NCBI GenBank assembly: GCA_037140375.1
Contig: JBAXER010000006.1
Span: forward strand, 975-64,974
Source: Actinomycetota bacterium
GTDB lineage: Bacteria; Actinomycetota; Acidimicrobiia; Acidimicrobiales; Ilumatobacteraceae
Length of the DNA stretch: 64,000 bases
Reading direction: 5' to 3'
Part shown: in pieces, positions 1-9,071 of the stretch
How positions within the stretch are numbered: position 1 is the stretch's first letter
How the letters are laid out: each line of letters opens with the position of its first letter
Program-made: the position numbers and the translations under genes
Notes under the pieces: generated by a model
The model's database searches: none
Told to the model about the DNA's origin: nothing
Seen by the model: the letters and a program-made list of their open reading frames with translations, nothing else

Positions 1-627
1 GGTCCAGATCGGCCGCGCCGCCACCATTCCGGCAGCTGCCGCGCTATCGGCGGGAATGAAATCGAGGTCGTAGGTGACCCACACTTGTTGTTCGTCGGGC
101 CACAAGTTGTGGATCATGTAGTTGAGGGTCCACTTGTCGGTGGCTTTATAGCTGTAGCCGTAACCCACTGGCAGCGCCATTGTGGTCTTCTCTTCGCCAG
201 CGGCGAAGAAGCGCTCAGGCAGCTTTGCTGTTGAGTCGCGGGCCGAGCTGTTGAGCCACACGCCATGGTGAAGGTGGATGACATCAACGCCCGGAATGGT
301 GCCGTCGGCCAAGCGCAGATCGGGGGCGATGCGCACGATGTAGCCGTCGACGTCGGGCTTTGGAATCGCCTCCCGGGTGAAGTCGATGTTGTTTTGGCCG
401 GGCTTGATGCTGATCGGCCCGATCTCGAAATGCATCCGTGTGGCGCCAGCCTGAACCGGACGACCGGCCACGGTAGAGGTGGTGGAGACTTCGCTCACCG
501 GAGTGGTGGCGTCGGCCGCCCCCGTGGTGCCAGAAGTGCCCGCAGAGTTCGACGATGCGCTGCTGCAACTCGCGGCTGCACCGATCAGTACGGCGAGGCC
601 GATTGCTCCAAACGTTCTGGCGTTCAT
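1..627 (-). CDS. secreted lipoprotein of unknown function (5' end in window, 3' part runs off the left edge)
   Basis: Absent from the ORF track because it has no stop in the window. The reverse-strand ATG at 627 stays open to base 1. It gives MNARTFGAIGLAVLIGAAASCSSASSNSAG..., with a basic n-region, a hydrophobic core and a lipobox-like AAASC. A Ser/Thr-rich linker follows, then a globular part containing HLHHG. No family recognised. Confidence 0.6.
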   Translation of the reverse strand, partial: MNARTFGAIGLAVLIGAAASCSSASSNSAGTSGTTGAADATTPVSEVSTTSTVAGRPVQAGATRMHFEIGPISIKPGQNNIDFTREAIPKPDVDGYIVRIAPDLRLADGTIPGVDVIHLHHGVWLNSSARDSTAKLPERFFAAGEEKTTMALPVGYGYSYKATDKWTLNYMIHNLWPDEQQVWVTYDLDFIPADSAAAAGMVAARPIWT

Positions 628-743
628 TGGGGATCCTTTGGTCGAGCGATTACTTGGCAGCCGCCAAGGTACCACGGAAGCTTGCTACCATCAAGACCTC
701 GACGTGGTCTCAGCGACCATGTGAACCTACTTGAAGGACTCCC

Positions 744-1091
744 GTGTTTCTTGCTTGTGCTGTCATCGTGTCGCTGCTTTCGCTGGCTTTGCTGGGTTCG
801 GCCGCAGGCAAACTCACCAAGCACCCAAAGGTGATCGAGAGCCTTGGTGCGTGTGAGGTGCCATCGAATTGGCACCCTCGCCTTGCGGTGGCCGAAATCG
901 CTGGCGCAGTCGGCATGGTTCTCGGCCTCTGGGTCCCAGCGTTGGGCGTCGCCGCTGCTGTTGGCGTGGTGCTGTATTTCGTTGGTGCTTGTATTGCCCA
1001 CGTTCGCGTGAGCGACAACGAAGTGGCTGCGCCGATCATTTTTATTGTGCTTGCGGTGGTCGTCATCGTCTTGCGCATCGGCACCCGCTAG
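744..1091 (+). CDS. DoxX-family small integral membrane protein
   Basis: 115 aa with a GTG start and four hydrophobic helices. Its size and pattern (LGACEV...HPRLAVAEIAGAVGMVLGLW) resemble DoxX/DoxX_2 proteins. Confidence 0.65.
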   Translation: MFLACAVIVSLLSLALLGSAAGKLTKHPKVIESLGACEVPSNWHPRLAVAEIAGAVGMVLGLWVPALGVAAAVGVVLYFVGACIAHVRVSDNEVAAPIIFIVLAVVVIVLRIGTR

Positions 1092-1153
1092 GGCAAACAC
1101 CAGCGTCCGCCGTATCCGCGAGCAGATAAACACCAAGCGATACTCTCGAACCC

Positions 1154-1918
1154 GTGACGCAAAGAACGCCAAGCGCGGCACCTACCTTGACGACCGCTGA
1201 ACCGCAGGTTCATGCGCGGCGCTCAGGCCGACACTCCACTGCCTCGATTCCAAAGGCTCAGGCCGCCGACACTGTTGAGCTGGCTCCCGAACCTCAGGTC
1301 ACCAAGCCAGTTGGCGGCCAAGGCTCAATCCTGCTGCAGCATCCGGCGGCTCCTCCGGTCACCATCACCCACGAGTTTGTCATCACCGGCGAGCCAGCCG
1401 AAGCGTTGTGGGAGGCGTACCGCGACAACTTCGAACCGTTGAAGTCGCTGGCAATCCTGCGCCATTTTGATTCGCACGAAGAAGTGTTGGAGCAGTTGGC
1501 CAACCCGAAGATCCACAAGATTGTCGGTTGGCAAGAGGGCCGTCCCGTGGGGTTGGCCATGGTCACGAACAGCCTCGAAGACGTCACCGAGATTTCGCCC
1601 GAGTTCTTGCGTGCAAAGTTCCCTGACTATGCGGCTCGCAATGCCATCTATTGCGGCATGCTCGTGATGGTCAGCCACTCATTACGCGGTCGCACGCTGT
1701 TCGGCCGGTTGTATACCGAGCTGTGGCAGGTGCCAGCGCTTGAGGCCGGCATCCTCGTGTTCGATGTATGCGAGTTCAACCGAATGATGTTCGACACCGA
1801 TGAACTCACCAAGCGCATCGCGACCTCGTTCCCACGTTCGGCCGTCGAAGTTCTCGACCGTCAAACATGGTACGTCGCCGAGCTTCCCGAACCGATTCCA
1901 GGTTCGCGTCCGGCGTGA
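1154..1918 (+). CDS. hypothetical protein, possibly acyltransferase (GNAT-like) fold with a disordered N-terminal extension
   Basis: 254-aa ORF with good GC3 codon pattern. The first ~70 aa are low-complexity (P/A/T/Q rich) and the remainder is globular (RPVGLAMVTNSLEDV...CGMLVMVSHSLRGRTLFGRLY). The family assignment is tentative and the true start may be further downstream. Confidence 0.5.
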   Translation: MTQRTPSAAPTLTTAEPQVHARRSGRHSTASIPKAQAADTVELAPEPQVTKPVGGQGSILLQHPAAPPVTITHEFVITGEPAEALWEAYRDNFEPLKSLAILRHFDSHEEVLEQLANPKIHKIVGWQEGRPVGLAMVTNSLEDVTEISPEFLRAKFPDYAARNAIYCGMLVMVSHSLRGRTLFGRLYTELWQVPALEAGILVFDVCEFNRMMFDTDELTKRIATSFPRSAVEVLDRQTWYVAELPEPIPGSRPA

Positions 1919-1919
1919 T

Positions 1920-4370
1920 CTAGCTGCGGTGCGGGGTTGCGGTGCAGCGGCGCGAACTGGCTAGCTGACGGCTCTGCGCAAGCCCCAAGCGCTGCAGCAC
2001 TGCGGGTACATCTGCGGCCGATACGGCCTTGCTGAACAAGAAGCCCTGCGCCTGCCGGCAGCCGAGCGAGAACAGATGTTGTGCTTCTTCGACGGTCTCG
2101 ACGCCTTCGGCAATTGTGCTGAGATCGAGGGCCGAGCCCATTGCGATAATCGCGCTCACGAGGGACGAATCGGCTTGGTGCTGCCCAAGTCCGGTCACGA
2201 ACGAACGGTCAATTTTCACGGTCGACACGGGGAACCGCTTGAGGTACGACAGTGATGAGTAGCCGGTGCCGAAGTCGTCGACTGCAAGATGCACGCCAAG
2301 GGTGGTGAGGCCGGCCATCACCGAAGCGGTGAGCACGGAGTCTTCCATCATCACACTTTCGGTGATCTCTAGCCACAACGCATGGCCGGGCAAGTTGTGG
2401 CGCTCGAGCGTCTCTGCCACGGTGTCGACGACGTCGCTCTCTCGAATCTGACGGGCCGACAGGTTCACCGACACGTAGAGGCGTTCGCCGCCAGGGATGG
2501 TGCGGCGCCACTCAGCGATATTGCGGCACGCTTCGTCGAGCATGAATGCGCCCAACGGAACGATGAGGCCCGACTCTTCGGCGACAGGAATGAACTCGGC
2601 TGGCGAAACCATCTGACCATCGTCTTGCCAACGAGCAAGCGCTTCGAAACCATTGACACGACCATTGGGCAACGAGACCAAGGGCTGGAAGTACGCCTCA
2701 AAGTGGCGCTCGGTGAGTGCGCGCCGAAGACGACGTTCGAGGGCAACGCGGCGAGCTACTCGCTCACGCATTGATGAATCGAAGATCGTGACTCGGTTGC
2801 GGCCACTTTCCTTCGAGCGGTACATCGCTGTATCAGCTTCTTGAATGAGTGTCGCTGGAATGGCGCCATCGCTTGGGTACGCAACGGTGACGCCAATCGA
2901 CACCGTGATGAACACTTCACCGGAGTCAAGGAAGAAACTGTCGCTCAGTGCGCGACGGATACGTTCGCCGAAGCTGTAAGCGCCGATGGTGTCGAGGCTG
3001 AGCAACACGATGAACTCGTCACCGGAGATACGGCCAACGATGTCGTCGGGACGCAGGCACGAGGCGATGCGGCGGGCCGCGAGCCCGAGCAACTGGTCAC
3101 CCATGCTGTGGCCCATTGAGTCGTTGACCAACTTGAACTGGTCGAGGTCGATGAACATCACGGCAACAGGCGAGTTCGTAGGAGCCTGGTCGGCGAGCAT
3201 GTCGTCGATATGAGCGATGATCGCCGTGCGACTTGGGAGACCGGTGAGTTCGTCATGCGTTGCCTGATGTGACAAACGAGATTCGAGCGCAGCTTGCTCG
3301 CGCATTGAGCTAGCGAGACGCAGAATTGCGGTGATGGCCAGGATCAGGCAGAGCCCCATTGAAACGGTCTTGCCATTCGGGTTCTGAGTACTTGCAACGA
3401 TGATCGGAGCCATCAGCGCAGCGGCAACTGCGATGAGGCGGCTTGGGCCAAGCGTGCCGACTCGACGTTCGCTCTTGCGGGTGAAGAAGCGAATCGAAGG
3501 ATGGAGAACCGCTGAGCTAATGCAGGCTGGAACGAGCAGGTACGGCACTTCTAGGAGGGCCTGCGGGGCCATAAACGTGCCGACTTCGCCGAGCGCAAAG
3601 ATGACGTCGCCGAACAACAACGCAACCGTGCCAGCGAGCAGCAACCGAAATGCGGGGGAGCGGTCGCCTGCAGCGAACGCCAGACGGGCTGCGAGAGCGA
3701 GAAGGCACATCGACATCACCGGATAGACCGAGACCACGAGTCTCGCCATGATCCACGTGCCCTTGATGTCGAGCGTTGGAGCCACGACGATCTGGTTCAC
3801 GATCAACATTGCGCCGGTGCTGAGCATGATGCCGTCGAGCAATGCCCCTGGTTCGCTGCGGCCGCGACGAGCGCGAGTGAGGCCGATGAGCGCGGCGCCA
3901 AACAACACGTAACCAGGTATCGAGAAGAGATCGGGGAGCAGCGATCGATTCGATGTCAGGTCGCCGTTTGAGTGGGTGAGATCGCCAACAGCGCCGCTGA
4001 TGGTCCACAGCGCGCCGGTAGCGACAAGCGACCACCATGGCCATTGCAGCTGGGGTTGGTGGCGACGCAGCCCGATGGTTGCGCAGACCACGCCGGCGGC
4101 AGTGATGACTGGGTAGGCGAGGCCGAACAACAGACCCGCGGCGTGGGCCGCAATGACGACACAAAAGCTTGCGAGAACGATCCACGTAACTCGCGTGCGG
4201 CTCGCCGGAAGCGCAACAACGTCGTGGCTTGGCTCGGGCATCGAGACTCGCGACACACCTGAGGATTCACGGGCGCCGACTTCGGACGCTCGTTGGGTCA
4301 GCGCCTCGATTTCATTGTGGATACCACCGACGTCAAGAAGACTGTTTGGTGGGCTGGGATTCTGTCGCAC
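1920..4370 (-). CDS. membrane-anchored GGDEF-EAL protein (diguanylate cyclase/phosphodiesterase)
   Basis: 816 aa. The N-terminal ~350 aa are polytopic hydrophobic. The GGDEF domain carries the variant signature RISGDEFIVLL. The EAL domain has FEALARW, DDFGTGYSS and QGFLFSKA. Confidence 0.9.
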   Translation of the reverse strand: MRQNPSPPNSLLDVGGIHNEIEALTQRASEVGARESSGVSRVSMPEPSHDVVALPASRTRVTWIVLASFCVVIAAHAAGLLFGLAYPVITAAGVVCATIGLRRHQPQLQWPWWSLVATGALWTISGAVGDLTHSNGDLTSNRSLLPDLFSIPGYVLFGAALIGLTRARRGRSEPGALLDGIMLSTGAMLIVNQIVVAPTLDIKGTWIMARLVVSVYPVMSMCLLALAARLAFAAGDRSPAFRLLLAGTVALLFGDVIFALGEVGTFMAPQALLEVPYLLVPACISSAVLHPSIRFFTRKSERRVGTLGPSRLIAVAAALMAPIIVASTQNPNGKTVSMGLCLILAITAILRLASSMREQAALESRLSHQATHDELTGLPSRTAIIAHIDDMLADQAPTNSPVAVMFIDLDQFKLVNDSMGHSMGDQLLGLAARRIASCLRPDDIVGRISGDEFIVLLSLDTIGAYSFGERIRRALSDSFFLDSGEVFITVSIGVTVAYPSDGAIPATLIQEADTAMYRSKESGRNRVTIFDSSMRERVARRVALERRLRRALTERHFEAYFQPLVSLPNGRVNGFEALARWQDDGQMVSPAEFIPVAEESGLIVPLGAFMLDEACRNIAEWRRTIPGGERLYVSVNLSARQIRESDVVDTVAETLERHNLPGHALWLEITESVMMEDSVLTASVMAGLTTLGVHLAVDDFGTGYSSLSYLKRFPVSTVKIDRSFVTGLGQHQADSSLVSAIIAMGSALDLSTIAEGVETVEEAQHLFSLGCRQAQGFLFSKAVSAADVPAVLQRLGLAQSRQLASSRRCTATPHRS

Positions 4371-4407
4371 GAAAATACATCGGCAGCATTAACACAACCT
4401 TGAGAAA

Positions 4408-5145
4408 TCACTTTGCTTTTGTCGAGAACACCCGCTGCATCGGTCGCCACGCTCCGCCGATGACCAGCAACGCAAGCCAGAACAATGGATTGCCGAACAC
4501 CCGAAGCATCCATTCGGTCTCGCTGGCGAGCGCATCGACCCGTCGCCCGATGTAGGCGAGCGATGCCACGATTGCGCCAATGAGGCCGACGATTGCACCG
4601 CACAAGAATGCGCTTTGGCGGATGACCGAGCTATGACGGCGCACCCCAGTCTCACCAGTAGACATGATCTGGATCAGCGCCACGGCGGTGGTGCCCAAGC
4701 CGAAGACCATTGCACACCGTGCGCCAAAGCCGAGTCGTTGCCATGCGCCGGGCGTGTCGGTTGAACGTTTGGTGAGCAGCTGCCATGAAGCGCTTGAGGT
4801 GCGGTCGAACATCGAGAACCCTGCGAGGGCGGTGAAGCCTGACGCAAGCTGTTGCAGCGTGGTGAACGCGAAGCCGACTCCTGCGGTGATTGGGATGACG
4901 ATTGCGTTTGAGTTGGCGCTGATGATCTTCGCTAACACCCACGGGGTAACGGTTTCGTTGCCGGGCCCCCACTCATATGACAGCCAGATGATCACGCCAA
5001 CGAGAGCGAAGCGATGCTTCCATTGCGATTCTCGAAAGTCGGTGCGTATCGCAGAGCGAAGAGTAGACCGGTCGACACGCTGGGACTCGCGGTCGTCGCC
5101 CCTCGGCGAATCGGGGGCACTGTGAGCGGAGGGCACGACGGCCAC
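4408..5145 (-). CDS. hypothetical polytopic membrane protein
   Basis: Only the C-terminal ~245 codons of the 470-aa track ORF look coding, with 5-6 hydrophobic helices. The upstream part overlaps the divergent gene at 5260. GTG at 5145 is the start used here; GTG at 5136 has a better AAGGTGG SD. It lies 37 nt upstream of the GGDEF-EAL gene on the same strand. Confidence 0.55.
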   Translation of the reverse strand: MAVVPSAHSAPDSPRGDDRESQRVDRSTLRSAIRTDFRESQWKHRFALVGVIIWLSYEWGPGNETVTPWVLAKIISANSNAIVIPITAGVGFAFTTLQQLASGFTALAGFSMFDRTSSASWQLLTKRSTDTPGAWQRLGFGARCAMVFGLGTTAVALIQIMSTGETGVRRHSSVIRQSAFLCGAIVGLIGAIVASLAYIGRRVDALASETEWMLRVFGNPLFWLALLVIGGAWRPMQRVFSTKAK

Positions 5146-5259
5146 CTTAGTCAGCGGTGTCTGATGTGGGTCCTCGGCGCGGCGGGTTCTCGTGCGCCAG
5201 TTAGGGGGCGCTTGCGGAGAACTCCTCAAGTAAGGGTCAGTGGGCGACGATGAACAACC

Positions 5260-7248
5260 GTGAAATCGGAAGCAAGCCGCAGCCTTCGTCGCTTTGTTGC
5301 ATATGCAACAATCGCTTTCGTTCCGATTTTTGGCCTTGGCGTCGTGCTGACGCGCACCACGGCAATCGCATCCCAGGAGGACGCTGTGGCTGCCGCCCTG
5401 CTGCAAGCGCAGACGATTAATCGGTCTGCGCTGCGGCCGTTCGTCGATGAGTTGGGGTCGACCAAGACGCTCTCGCCGGCCGTTCGCGAAGGACTCAAAG
5501 CAGCCACAACGGCACTCGTGGATAACACGACGGTGTTCCGTTTGCGGCTGCGCGACATTTCCGGCCGAGTGGTGTTTGACGCGCTGCATCCAGATGCGTT
5601 GCCCGGCCGACCCGATTTGAGCGAGGACATCGCAGCGGTGCTCGCTGGCGGGACTGTCGCGGGCCGAACACAGTTTGGTGCAGACCCAGTTGATGGCCGT
5701 CGGCCGGTCGGTGTTGATGCAATCGAGGTATATCTCCCGATTGTTTCGAGTGCGGCCCCATTTCGAGTAGTTGGCGCTCTCGAGCTCTACGTTCCATATG
5801 CCCCAATCGCAGCGGCGCACGCTACGACGCTTCGCCAGACCTACATCGTGTTACTCGCGGGGCTTTTGGTTCTCTGGCTTGTTGTGGCTGCCATCTTGTG
5901 GTCGGTCACAAGCAGAGTTCATCGGCAAAGCGACGCCAATAAGTATCTTTCGCTGCACGACCCGCTCACGGGGATGCCGAACCGGGCGCTCTTTGCGGAC
6001 CGCGTGGAACACGCGATCAACGCCAACACCAGAACGGGCCTCCCTGTGTCGATAGCAATTGTCGACCTCGATCGGTTCAAAGAAGTGAACGACACATTGG
6101 GCCACGCCAACGGCGACATTCTCTTGAACTGTGTGGCCCAACGAATGCTGCAAGAACTCAGGCCGGGTGACACGGCGGCGCGACTCGGTGGCGATGAGTT
6201 CGGTCTGGTGCTCCCAGGTGTTGGCGCACAAGGGGCTCGGTCGATCCTCGATCGCATCCAATTGGTGATCGGCCGAGAGCTTGAGCTCGATGGAATTCCG
6301 GTGACTCCTGACGCAAGCATTGGTTGGGCCGAGTGGCCCGAGCAGGGCAGCGACGTCGATCACCTGATGCGGCGCGCCGACCTTGCGCTCTATGCCGCGA
6401 AGGACGCTGGCATGGGCGTTGTTCGCTATGCAGACGAGTTGCAGCCGGCCGATGTGTCGCGTCTCGGGCTGGTGGCAGAACTTCGCCACGCAGTCGCCAA
6501 GAACGAGTTTGAGCTGCTGTACCAACCCAAGGTGGAAATCGAGACCGGACAACTGGTGGGCTTCGAGGCGTTGGTGAGATGGCGTCACCCCGAGCGTGGA
6601 CTGTTAGCGCCGAGTGAGTTTATGAACGTGCTCGAGACCACGGCGTTGATCGGCTCGTTAACACGATGGGTGTTTGACACAGCAATGGGGCAGCTCGTTG
6701 AGTGGGGCGAAGCTGCCTCCGAGTTGTCGATGTCGGTCAATGTGTCGGTTCGCAATGTGCGCGACCCATCGATGGCTGGTTGGTTTGAGCAGCGTTTGGC
6801 GGCGCTTGAGATCGATCCCGCGCGAGTGATCATCGAGATCACCGAAACCGCAATTGCGACCGACCCTCGACGGGTGATGGAGCACATCGCGCAACTCGAT
6901 GCGGCGGGCATCACTGTGAGCCTCGATGACTTCGGCCAGGGCTACACATCGCTGAGCCAGTTGAGCACGTTGCGGGTGAGCGAACTCAAGATCGATCGAG
7001 AGTTCACGTCGTTGACGCACATGAGTTTGAAGGCGGTCAATATCGTTGCGGCGGCTATCGAACTTGGTCACCGTCTAGGGCTGAACGTAGTCGCCGAAGG
7101 CGTGGAGTCAGCTGAGTCGCTTGAGGCCCTACGGGATCTTGGCTGCGATGAAGCGCAGGGATATTTGTTCGCTGGCCCGCTCAGTGAACCCGATGCGCGG
7201 GCGCTGCTTGCGGGTGTCGGCTGGGTCAGCGCAGTCCCGACAAGCTGA
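5260..7248 (+). CDS. sensor GGDEF-EAL protein (diguanylate cyclase/phosphodiesterase) with extracytoplasmic N-terminal domain
   Basis: 662 aa with a GTG start. Architecture is one TM helix, a ~180-aa loop, then a second TM helix. The GGDEF domain is intact (RLGGDEFGLVL). The EAL domain has FEALVRW, DDFGQGYTS and QGYLFAGP. Confidence 0.9.
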   Translation: MKSEASRSLRRFVAYATIAFVPIFGLGVVLTRTTAIASQEDAVAAALLQAQTINRSALRPFVDELGSTKTLSPAVREGLKAATTALVDNTTVFRLRLRDISGRVVFDALHPDALPGRPDLSEDIAAVLAGGTVAGRTQFGADPVDGRRPVGVDAIEVYLPIVSSAAPFRVVGALELYVPYAPIAAAHATTLRQTYIVLLAGLLVLWLVVAAILWSVTSRVHRQSDANKYLSLHDPLTGMPNRALFADRVEHAINANTRTGLPVSIAIVDLDRFKEVNDTLGHANGDILLNCVAQRMLQELRPGDTAARLGGDEFGLVLPGVGAQGARSILDRIQLVIGRELELDGIPVTPDASIGWAEWPEQGSDVDHLMRRADLALYAAKDAGMGVVRYADELQPADVSRLGLVAELRHAVAKNEFELLYQPKVEIETGQLVGFEALVRWRHPERGLLAPSEFMNVLETTALIGSLTRWVFDTAMGQLVEWGEAASELSMSVNVSVRNVRDPSMAGWFEQRLAALEIDPARVIIEITETAIATDPRRVMEHIAQLDAAGITVSLDDFGQGYTSLSQLSTLRVSELKIDREFTSLTHMSLKAVNIVAAAIELGHRLGLNVVAEGVESAESLEALRDLGCDEAQGYLFAGPLSEPDARALLAGVGWVSAVPTS

Positions 7249-9004
7249 GCGCTTCACGGTAGAACTCGCTGTTCTGCTCAAGATTGGCGGGCGTATCGAA
7301 CGCCTTGAGTTGACCATCTTGGATCACCATGATGCGGTCGCAGATCGCGAGGGTCGACATTCGGTGGGCGATCACAATCACGGCCATCTGCGTGCGCAGC
7401 TCAGACAGCGTCTCGCGAATCAGTGCCTCGGATCGCACATCGAGCGAACTGGTGGGCTCATCGAGGATCAACACATCGGGGTGCTCGACCAATGCGCGGG
7501 CGATACACAGACGTTGCTGCTGGCCACCGCTGAGATGGCCGCCTTGCTCGCCAACATCACGCCTATATCGTTCGGGGAAGCCTTCGATGTCTTCGTGTAC
7601 GTGCGCAAGCCGAGCTGCGCGCTCGATGTCGGCGTCACTCACGTTGTCGCGAAGGAAGCGAATGTTGTCCGAGATAGTGCCCGCAATCAGATGGGAAGCC
7701 TGAGGCACAAAGGTCACCTTGCGGGCCCACTCGGATCTCGAGAACAGATCAATGTCTCGGCCGTCGGCAGTGACCGAGCCAGCGGTTGGCTTGCGCAGCC
7801 CCAACATGAGCTGCACCAACGTTGACTTGCCGCTGCCCGATGGGCCCACGATGCCCACGATCTCGTTGGGCCTGATCGATGCATTGAGGGTGCTGAGCAC
7901 TGGCTGACCGGCGATGTACTCGAACGAGACGCCCTCGAGTCGCAAGGTGCCGACGTGCCCCACTGGAATGCCGTGATCGCGCACGGCCGCATCGCGGTAC
8001 TGAGCAACTTCGGATTGCAGCGCATCAACGAATGGCAGGCTTGAGGCGACGCTCGAGATTGAACTTTGCATCGCTTGGCCGTAGGTCAGCGATCGCAACA
8101 TCACCAACATCACCGCACCGAGAGCAGTGATGTTCGCGCTGTCGGATGCGGCGACAACACCCAGCGCCCCGACGAGCACGAGATACGCCAAACCCGAATA
8201 CAGATTGGGTACCACGCCTCGTAAGAAGGCGAGCCGCACGCCCGTAGACGCGTTCTTGTCGATGAGTGCGTTGACTCGGCTTTCGGTTTGGTGCTGCACA
8301 TTGAAGACATGCACTTCCAATCCCAGGTTCGATATCTCGCTGAGCGACGTGGCGAACTCCATGCCGGCGCTCGCCGTGGACTCGGCTGAGCGCACGACCA
8401 CACCACGCACGGGGCGCAGGGCCAACGCCAGCACCACGACGGCGGCGATCAAGACCAGTGATCCGACTGGGTGGACTGCGGCAGCGAGCGCGATGAGGGC
8501 AATCAGGTTGAACGCTGCGATGGTTCCCAGCGTGAGGCTCGAGATCAGTTGGGCGCCGTTGTTTGCGAAGGTGGTGAGCATCTCTTGCAGCCGCCCTTGG
8601 CGCTGGTCTTGCTGCACTGCCCATGAGCTACTGAGAAATGTTTGGGCCAAGTCGCGGCGAATACCAGCGAGCACACCGTTGGTGAGCTGCGCACCTTGCC
8701 ATGACGACCACAGCGCGAGCGCGACGCGGGCGACCACGAGTGCAAGGGCCAGCCAAACAGCACCAGGCACGGAGATCGAATGACCTGCAAACAGCTCAAC
8801 CTGTTCTTCGTCTGATGTGATCGCAAACGCGGCGCGGGTGATGATGATCAGAAATGCTGCCTCGGCAAGACCGCCTACGAGCGACGACGACGCCAGGGCG
8901 AAGAGTCGCCCGCGTCGGCCGTGGAGCAGCGCTGCAATCGAGGTTTGAGCGCGCCTGCGTTGCGGCACGTTGGCAGTGCGAGTGCGGCGCGCAGTCATCG
9001 GCAC
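7226..9004 (-). CDS. ABC transporter, fused permease/ATP-binding protein (exporter type)
   Basis: 592 aa with an N-terminal 6-helix TMD. The NBD has Walker A GPSGSGKST, signature LSGGQQQR and Walker B LILDEPTS. Its 3' end overlaps the convergent gene at 5260-7248 by 23 nt. Confidence 0.9.
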   Translation of the reverse strand: MPMTARRTRTANVPQRRRAQTSIAALLHGRRGRLFALASSSLVGGLAEAAFLIIITRAAFAITSDEEQVELFAGHSISVPGAVWLALALVVARVALALWSSWQGAQLTNGVLAGIRRDLAQTFLSSSWAVQQDQRQGRLQEMLTTFANNGAQLISSLTLGTIAAFNLIALIALAAAVHPVGSLVLIAAVVVLALALRPVRGVVVRSAESTASAGMEFATSLSEISNLGLEVHVFNVQHQTESRVNALIDKNASTGVRLAFLRGVVPNLYSGLAYLVLVGALGVVAASDSANITALGAVMLVMLRSLTYGQAMQSSISSVASSLPFVDALQSEVAQYRDAAVRDHGIPVGHVGTLRLEGVSFEYIAGQPVLSTLNASIRPNEIVGIVGPSGSGKSTLVQLMLGLRKPTAGSVTADGRDIDLFSRSEWARKVTFVPQASHLIAGTISDNIRFLRDNVSDADIERAARLAHVHEDIEGFPERYRRDVGEQGGHLSGGQQQRLCIARALVEHPDVLILDEPTSSLDVRSEALIRETLSELRTQMAVIVIAHRMSTLAICDRIMVIQDGQLKAFDTPANLEQNSEFYREALSLSGLR

Positions 9005-9071
9005 ACACTAGGGGTTCGCCTTCAAGTGGCGAGTGCTCGGGTCGTTTGGGCGGGCAGCGCTGTCAAAGCGG

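Noticed and set aside
5146-5820. N-terminal 225 codons of the 470-aa minus-strand ORF
   Set aside because: It runs through the divergent promoter region and the 5' end of the GGDEF-EAL gene at 5260. It is Arg/Cys-rich and not membrane-like. The hydrophobic protein starts around 5136-5145.
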